Positions 59,101 through 64,000 of a stretch of 64,000 nt of DNA are shown here, in pieces. The stretch spans positions 31,532 to 95,531 of the IMG/VR virus record IMGVR_UViG_3300032898_000001; one strand, 5' to 3'. This DNA comes from a virus. The notes beneath the pieces were generated by a model that was not told the DNA's origin, did not search any database, and was given only the letters and a program-made list of their open reading frames with translations. The translations under genes were made by a program, and so were the position numbers. The stretch's first letter is position 1; each line of letters opens with the position of its first letter.

Positions 59101-60053
59101 TGATCACGTACCACGACGTCGACACGAAGAAGCCAATCGGTCACTGGGACAACGCGACCAACGACGTCTACGACACGTCAGGCAACAAGATCGGGAACAC
59201 CTCAATTCCTAAGAAGGCCAAGGAGTTGATGGAGGCGAGCGTCAACAAGCCGGCCGGTCCACCGGCCGGGGCTGAGCCCGTCCTGGACAAGTACGGGACG
59301 GGTGACGTCATCGGGTACCACCACCCCCAGACGGGTCAGGTCACGAACCCGCAGGGCTACGTCGTGGGGTACGCGGGTGACAAGAAGACCGCGGCTAAGC
59401 AGCTTCTCAACGCTCAAGCCAAGGCCAAGGCTCCCAGCGTCAAGCCCGCCTCTAGTTCCGATACCGGGTACCACGGCAACATCAAGCTGCAGCCCGAGGA
59501 AGCCGCGGGAGTCAAGGGAGTCCGAGCCTCAATCGCTCACCCGGTCATCAGCTCGGCGGAAAAGAACGCGGCTCTCCTGTACAGCGGCTCCGACTACAAG
59601 GCGATGAACTGGTACGTCTCCAACGGGTACCAGTTCGGCAGCAAGTTCGACTACCACACGCAGCGTGAGAAAGACCTGATCAAGGATGCGGTTGACGACC
59701 TCGTACCGGCCATCAACCGGTCCGTCGTCAAGAAACCGTTCGCGGTCAACCGTCGCATTCCCGCTCACGCCGCGGTGGAGACGTTTGGCCAGGTCGGTTC
59801 TCGTGTTGGCAAGAGCTACAAGGAAAACCGGTTCGTGTCGACGACCGTTTCCGCACATGGTATCGGCTCATTCGGTGAGGCCGAGATCCACTACCACATG
59901 AAACCCGGTGCCAAGGCACTGGACCTGAACAACTACGACGCGAGCAAGCACCCCAACGAAAAAGAGATCTTGCTCGGTCCCGGACAGTCATTCAAGGTCA
60001 TCAGCGACAAGATGCTCGGTAAAACTCGCGTCATCGAAGTGGAGTCTCAATGA
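56175..60053 (+). CDS. Polyvalent protein with three ADP-ribosyltransferase domains (one H-Y-E type, two VIP2-like)
   Basis: YLHTT..GTYLS..AEYY..GYDSL..NELVVFDP; Y..YK.VN..VHRR..YVSTT..AEKEVILPRG; YSGSDYKAMN..VNRR..FVSTT..NEKEILL. Confidence 0.85.
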   Translation: MIAVIDLSDLLGNWNEHLDEPGFDVGSLGELTIKFEVPDVVKDSFEGHHIAGTPDTYKHGWIKIGVGVDSSHLSLKKNGDVVHKPTGTVIGHVDKKTDFPTKGTSTFVTSHANGKQVYNGVYKKDAMAAVARYHNHAASTDAHAAEIAPTTTGHTTPEAGMNGSYLHTTSAANATKIQSEGFSHGEGYGGSIAHGTYLSVDKPTAEYYHAQMGPNAQTLSVTVSGLKNTAHVSFDTDKFQIPTVSAVAHQLNLHDSFEKNKLTLKGTVPNTSLNAHALTKTLQDAGYDSLHIHNHNASGKVTSVGGNELVVFDPHHLSVSKAPGHKPTLNDLPEGSVPIMSGTHVTGYKDPAGNWYDDKGNLTVTAPKKPGAPNTTTPSSNPISGTTVPKALAGEDAYQHAKASQGYLNPTQMNALAKYGQPEGYKTVNPFLNKDGMVYNSNIQKYLPATEAQTKSAQTMIKHLDAAFATSKPTTQDMIVHRRIGDGDLLLGPPGSHVGKVFHNKAYVSTTTATGGIPGNGYGYENKKTLLDIQVPTGSKVLMGQAAEKEVILPRGAKFTVVHDEVEPDGTRHVKLLYHPEDTPSAAVPKTKPVAKPEVTPAHVPAAVAPVPGGGGKPEGTMSLKKNGELKGYYHLENHTVYDVNGNPIGTSLSKIGALHLASGKHETAAELGAHATVTAPDVPVPAASSEDNEALAKQLSDHAIAMEDTMEESPDLNSAVHHMVQAAGSISSGKKNQALSYLSAAKKDLYYHGQAEPGDADSVSSYQHHISQIENKLNNTEVPSPAVPDVDHELVKKIEDHAEAMDGNLHDSTYLPLAVLNTKKAADHLKKGNKKGAVNHLDLASVQLSSHAKVEPDDAEGVAQFQQHFEQFKNKINGDSSPLIPASVHIPAGSMIDSTDLSMKTNGYIVHKQSKKVIGHVEKQKDFPSKGTTTFTVTHNDGTKVYTGPYKGKSLAALAQHHNTQGSTAFDPSNMITYHDVDTKKPIGHWDNATNDVYDTSGNKIGNTSIPKKAKELMEASVNKPAGPPAGAEPVLDKYGTGDVIGYHHPQTGQVTNPQGYVVGYAGDKKTAAKQLLNAQAKAKAPSVKPASSSDTGYHGNIKLQPEEAAGVKGVRASIAHPVISSAEKNAALLYSGSDYKAMNWYVSNGYQFGSKFDYHTQREKDLIKDAVDDLVPAINRSVVKKPFAVNRRIPAHAAVETFGQVGSRVGKSYKENRFVSTTVSAHGIGSFGEAEIHYHMKPGAKALDLNNYDASKHPNEKEILLGPGQSFKVISDKMLGKTRVIEVESQ

Positions 60054-60169
60054 GTCAACCAACTTCAGCCGCCGATCAGTCTCAGCGCGGTGAGAGCACT
60101 CTCGAGGACCGCATGGACCTCGATCCGGACGCCATCGAGTGGCTCGACGACGACGACGACGACGAGTGA
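60050..60169 (+). CDS. 39-aa acidic peptide
   Basis: ATGA overlap with the ART gene stop; MSQPTSAADQSQRGESTLEDRMDLDPDAIEWLDDDDDDE. Confidence 0.6.
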   Translation: MSQPTSAADQSQRGESTLEDRMDLDPDAIEWLDDDDDDE

Positions 60170-60366
60170 GTCCCGAAGAAATTCAGGGAGCGGCCGTCTA
60201 CCTGCTCGACCAGCTCGCCACGACCCTGACCGTGCTCGAGAGCTATGGGGTGCATCCCCGGCTCAAGCACAACACCGTATATACCGACGTGGGCTACGTC
60301 CTCCCAGCGGGAAACGAGGGGTACGTCGTCCGGAGCTTGACCTATCTTCCGTTCGACCAGGACTGA
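60166..60366 (+). CDS. Hypothetical protein
   Basis: GTGA overlap; MSPEEIQGAAVYLLDQL. Confidence 0.6.
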   Translation: MSPEEIQGAAVYLLDQLATTLTVLESYGVHPRLKHNTVYTDVGYVLPAGNEGYVVRSLTYLPFDQD

Positions 60367-60381
60367 CCGAAAGGACACCGT

Positions 60382-63195
60382 GTGGCTGCGACCCTCACCG
60401 CCGACGGCGAGCTGACGTTCTTCTCGTTTCCCATCGAGAAGAGCGAGGAAACGGCCGACGGCGACGTCATCGTCTACGGGAAGGCGACGGACGGTTCCGT
60501 CGACTCCGACCTGCAGATCGTCGACCCGGACTGGTCGGCCAAGGCCATCGAGGACTGGCTGGACACCGGCGGCAACCTGCGGGTTCAGCACCAGGCTCGC
60601 CGGGACCCGGCCGGGAAGGGCCTCTCCCTCGAGCACGACCCGTCCGGTGGCACCTGGGTCAAGGCCCTGGTCGTGGAGCCGGTGGCCAAGGAGCTCGTCA
60701 AGAAGGGCGTCCTCACCTGCTACTCGGTGGGGATCAGCCACCCGGACATCGTCCCGGACCCGACCGGTAAGGCCATGAACGGCATCATCCGCGGTCGCCG
60801 TGACGGGCTCACCAAGATCTCGGAGCTCTCCCTGGTCGACCGCGGCTCCAACTTCAACAGCAAGTTCCAGCTGGTGAAGGCCGCGGCCGACGACGGTCAC
60901 GCCGAGTTCGTCGGCAAGATGATGGGCGAGACCGACCTCGACGCGTACGCCATGGTCAACTCGCCGAAGGAAACCAAGATCAAGACCACGATCTCGATCA
61001 AGCCCAGTGACCTGGCCAAGCTGCTCGACCAGAAGCACGGCGTCGAGAAGCGGAATTTCGACGCCGGCGTGGGTGGCGGCGTGGACCGCGACAAGCTCCC
61101 GGCGGAGGACTTCGCTGGCCCCAACCGGACCTACCCGATCGTCACCCCCAAGGACGTGCACGACGCCGGCACGCTTATCGGCCACGCCGCCGACCAGGAC
61201 GCCGTCAAGAACAAGATCAAGGCGATCGCTCGGCGGAAAGGTCCCGAGTTCGAGGCCCGGATCCCGGCCTCGTGGAAGACCGAAGACGAGCCCGCGGTCG
61301 TGAAGATCGAGGAGAAGCCGGCCGACAACGCGAAGCCCCTCGAGAAGAAGGCCAAGGTCATCTGCCAGGGCTGCGGCGCCAACCACGACAAGAAGCACTC
61401 CTTCTGCCCGGAGTGCGGCAAGAAGGTCGCGGGTGGCGACCCCGAGGTGAAGAAAAACCACAAGTTCACCTGCCTGGGCTGCAACAGCGACCTCGACAAG
61501 GGCGAGAAGTTCTGCCCGGGATGTGGCAAGAAGAACCCCGGCTTCAACGAGCTCAAGAAGGCCGTACGCGCGGCGCTCAAGGGAGATGACATGGACGACG
61601 AGAAGGACGACGACACCAAGCCGGACAGCGCCGCGGGCGACGACGGCAACGAGGGCGCCTCGGCCACGGACCCGGACGACGAGAGCTCGGACGACGACAA
61701 CGACGCCGACTCCGGTAAGCCGAACCCGGCGGACAAAGTCGTCGACAAGCCCGTCGTGAAGAAGAGCAAGAAGGCGAAGAAGGTCACCAAGGCGACCAAC
61801 GGGGACACGGTCACCGAGGCCGCTCACGCCGAGCACGTCCCGCCGGCCGACGACCTGCCGCCTCACCGCGAGCCCGACGGGACCGTCGTCGCCATCTTCG
61901 AGCGCGACGCCGACATGCCCAGTGACACCACCGGTGACAAGGCCGCCGGCCTGCCGCCGGAGATGGCCGTGCTCAACCGGTTCAAGTCCGTGGGAGTCTC
62001 GACCGACCTCGGTGCGATCCACGACCTCACCTGCCCGGCCTACCACCCGGCCGAAACGAACAAGTGCTTTCCGTACTTCGACCTCACTCAGCTCGACGAC
62101 TCCGCCTGGCAGCAGAAGGCCTTCGACCTGGCCGCATCCGCTCCCCTGGCGCAGGCTCAGCAGGCCACTCGCCTCTGGCAGCACGCCGTCACTCTCAAGA
62201 ACGCGTCCCCCGAGGACGTGCTCGAGATCCGGAACGACCTGCACAAGGCGTTCGCGGACGCCAACCCGGGACCAGGCATGGCCCCGAGTCCCACCCAGCT
62301 GAACCCGAAGAAGTTCAACCGGCCGTACCTCAGCGCCGGGCACGCCGCGGCCTCGCCGGGTCAGGGAGCCCCGAACAAGGCCCCGATGATCGGCTCGGAC
62401 ATCTCGGCCGAGGACTACACGCGGCAGTTCCTGTCGGCCGGTCACGCCGCCGACTCGCCGGCCAACAAGGGCACGGGCGTCCCGACCAACGTCAGCTACG
62501 GCAACCTCAACCGAGAGAACGCGCGGCAGGCCCTGGTCGCCATGCACGACCACATCTCTCAGTCCTTCCCGGCCCTGTGCCCGATGAGTGACGCGGCCTC
62601 CCCGGCCCCGAAGTCGGTGCCGCCAACCGTCGCGGTCAAGGAGGAAGCCGAGCCCGAGGCGAAGAAGGCCCGGCGGAAGAAGCTCGAGAAGGCCGTGCTC
62701 AAGGGGTTCCTCAGCCTCGACGACGCCAAGACGCTCATGGGCTTCGACATCGCGCCCATCCCCGGAGTGCCGCTCGCGGCTGATAGGCCCGCCGAGGTCG
62801 GCAAGGCGGAGGAGCCGGAGGTCACCAAGGCCGCCGTGCTCGACGCCGCGGCCGTGCAGGACATCGTGACCAAGGCCGTGGCCGCCGCCGTCGCGGAACG
62901 CGACGAGGCTCACCTGGCCGCCGTCACGGAGCTGCAGAAGACGCTCAAGAAGCAGGGCAAGATGCTCGACTCGATCGCGGCACAGCCCGACCCGGTCGCC
63001 CCGTACCGCGGGGTGGCCCTCATGAACTCCCCTCAGCCGGGTGCTGAGGTGGTGAAGAGCAGCGCGGAGCGCTCTCGAGAGAACCTGGCAGCCCTGCTCT
63101 ACGAGCAGGCTCGCAAGGACCCGAACCCAGCGCAGCGGGAAGTTGCGTGGGCGGAACTGAACAAGATGGCCTTCGAAAACACCACGTACAAGTAG
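60382..63195 (+). CDS. Prohead (capsid maturation) protease fused to accessory, zinc-ribbon and scaffold regions
   Basis: VYGKATDGSVDSDLQIVD, LRVQH, YSVG, ISELSLVDR (HK97-type protease); RDKLPAEDFAGP..YPI module; four CxxC pairs; coiled-coil C-terminus. Confidence 0.88.
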   Translation: MAATLTADGELTFFSFPIEKSEETADGDVIVYGKATDGSVDSDLQIVDPDWSAKAIEDWLDTGGNLRVQHQARRDPAGKGLSLEHDPSGGTWVKALVVEPVAKELVKKGVLTCYSVGISHPDIVPDPTGKAMNGIIRGRRDGLTKISELSLVDRGSNFNSKFQLVKAAADDGHAEFVGKMMGETDLDAYAMVNSPKETKIKTTISIKPSDLAKLLDQKHGVEKRNFDAGVGGGVDRDKLPAEDFAGPNRTYPIVTPKDVHDAGTLIGHAADQDAVKNKIKAIARRKGPEFEARIPASWKTEDEPAVVKIEEKPADNAKPLEKKAKVICQGCGANHDKKHSFCPECGKKVAGGDPEVKKNHKFTCLGCNSDLDKGEKFCPGCGKKNPGFNELKKAVRAALKGDDMDDEKDDDTKPDSAAGDDGNEGASATDPDDESSDDDNDADSGKPNPADKVVDKPVVKKSKKAKKVTKATNGDTVTEAAHAEHVPPADDLPPHREPDGTVVAIFERDADMPSDTTGDKAAGLPPEMAVLNRFKSVGVSTDLGAIHDLTCPAYHPAETNKCFPYFDLTQLDDSAWQQKAFDLAASAPLAQAQQATRLWQHAVTLKNASPEDVLEIRNDLHKAFADANPGPGMAPSPTQLNPKKFNRPYLSAGHAAASPGQGAPNKAPMIGSDISAEDYTRQFLSAGHAADSPANKGTGVPTNVSYGNLNRENARQALVAMHDHISQSFPALCPMSDAASPAPKSVPPTVAVKEEAEPEAKKARRKKLEKAVLKGFLSLDDAKTLMGFDIAPIPGVPLAADRPAEVGKAEEPEVTKAAVLDAAAVQDIVTKAVAAAVAERDEAHLAAVTELQKTLKKQGKMLDSIAAQPDPVAPYRGVALMNSPQPGAEVVKSSAERSRENLAALLYEQARKDPNPAQREVAWAELNKMAFENTTYK

Positions 63196-63237
63196 CACCT
63201 TCCGTTCACGTTAGCCACGAAAGAAAGGACAAGGATC

Positions 63238-63721
63238 GTGGCCGCACTTCTCGAGGCGATGGAGCAGGCCGCTCCCGCCGCCAACCCGGACGCGGCTCAG
63301 GCCGACCTGGTCGGCGTGGCCCAGCGCTACTCCACCACCGGTGACGCCATCAAGGCGTCCATGGCGACCCTGGTCAAGGGCGCCGGCATGGCCAAGATCG
63401 GCGGCAACACGCCGCTGAGCAACGAGCGCGACATCACCGTTCGCGCCCACCAGGCCACGCTCGACCTCCGTACCTCCACCTACCAGGGCATCAACGACCG
63501 CCAGTCGGTCGTCAAGTCCATGAACTCCGGCTTCCTGAACCAGTTCGGGAACCTCAAGACCGCCCTCACCACCCCGTCCCTGGGAGAGCAGCTCTCCCAG
63601 CTCGTCGGGATGCTTCCCGGTGGTACCGAGGCCCTGAAGTCGTTCACCGCCGGCAACCTGGGAATTGGCTCGGTCTACGGCCTGGTGCCGTTCGACCTGC
63701 TCGCACCTTCTCGTCTGATCT
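63238..63721 (+). CDS. Major capsid protein, exon 1
   Basis: Follows protease/scaffold with AAGGA RBS; GLVPFDLLAPSRLI, then the frame is broken exactly where intron motifs start. Confidence 0.8.
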
Positions 63722-64000
63722 GAATTTGGGGACGGATCCTCGTTCGGTAACGAACGTGTAAAACTCCGAGAATTGCTGGAACGTCCTGCTAGACCTCAGC
63801 ACCACAACGTGGGGTGAAAACCCGAGCGTGATGGTTTGAAAAGATTGAGGGTAGGGAAAATCAGCAGCCGAGCCCGCCTGATTCGTTCGACGGGAAGGTT
63901 CAGAGACTATGTACGGAGCTCCTCAAATGAGGATGAAGATATAGTCCGATCTGCATGGAAATATGCAGAACTGAGCAGAAATGTCTCAGTCCATCGTATT
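63722..64000 (+). mobile_element. Group I intron (3' end outside window)
   Basis: P AATTGCTGGAA, Q AATCAGCAG, R GTTCAGAGACTA, S AAGATATAGTCC; P1 GATCT/GGATC with U.G; P3 CTCCG/CGGAG; P7 GACTA/TAGTC; P8 and P9 hairpins. Confidence 0.95.

Noticed and set aside
1-64000. RtcB ligase, integrase or DNA polymerase expected with these modules
   Set aside because: No matching motifs in this window; they may lie elsewhere in the genome

Overview
High-GC tailed-phage DNA, most likely an actinobacteriophage (Rpf-like gene, GH25 lysin, actinomycete-style promoters). No integrase is visible in the window. Left to right: a nucleotide-modification cassette (dCMP deaminase, Asp-type thymidylate-synthase homologue, dNMP kinase fused to a UDG-like domain); a tandem array of 7 paralogous basic tail-anchored micro-proteins; a Dda/RecD-like helicase, MazG-like protein, GGQ release-factor domain and HicA-like gene; a primase-polymerase/SF3 helicase followed by an iteron-rich origin; many small leftward genes; a minus-strand tRNA cluster (Trp, Gly, Glu x2, Asn, Asp) interleaved with unusual T-loop-containing structured RNAs; an ADP-ribosylglycohydrolase; an endolysin; a fibre-like protein with a polysaccharide deacetylase domain; an array of 7 Y-RNA-like genes plus tRNA-Val and tRNA-Met directly upstream of a Ro60/TROVE gene; a LysM-Rpf protein; terminase subunits flanking an FkbM methyltransferase; a giant portal-MuF-Nudix-ParB-zincin fusion; two head-module proteins carrying four ADP-ribosyltransferase domains (the larger one strikingly Arg-depleted); a prohead protease/scaffold; and a major capsid gene interrupted by a group I intron. 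All calls come from motif reading and manual base-pairing; no database search or folding program was run.
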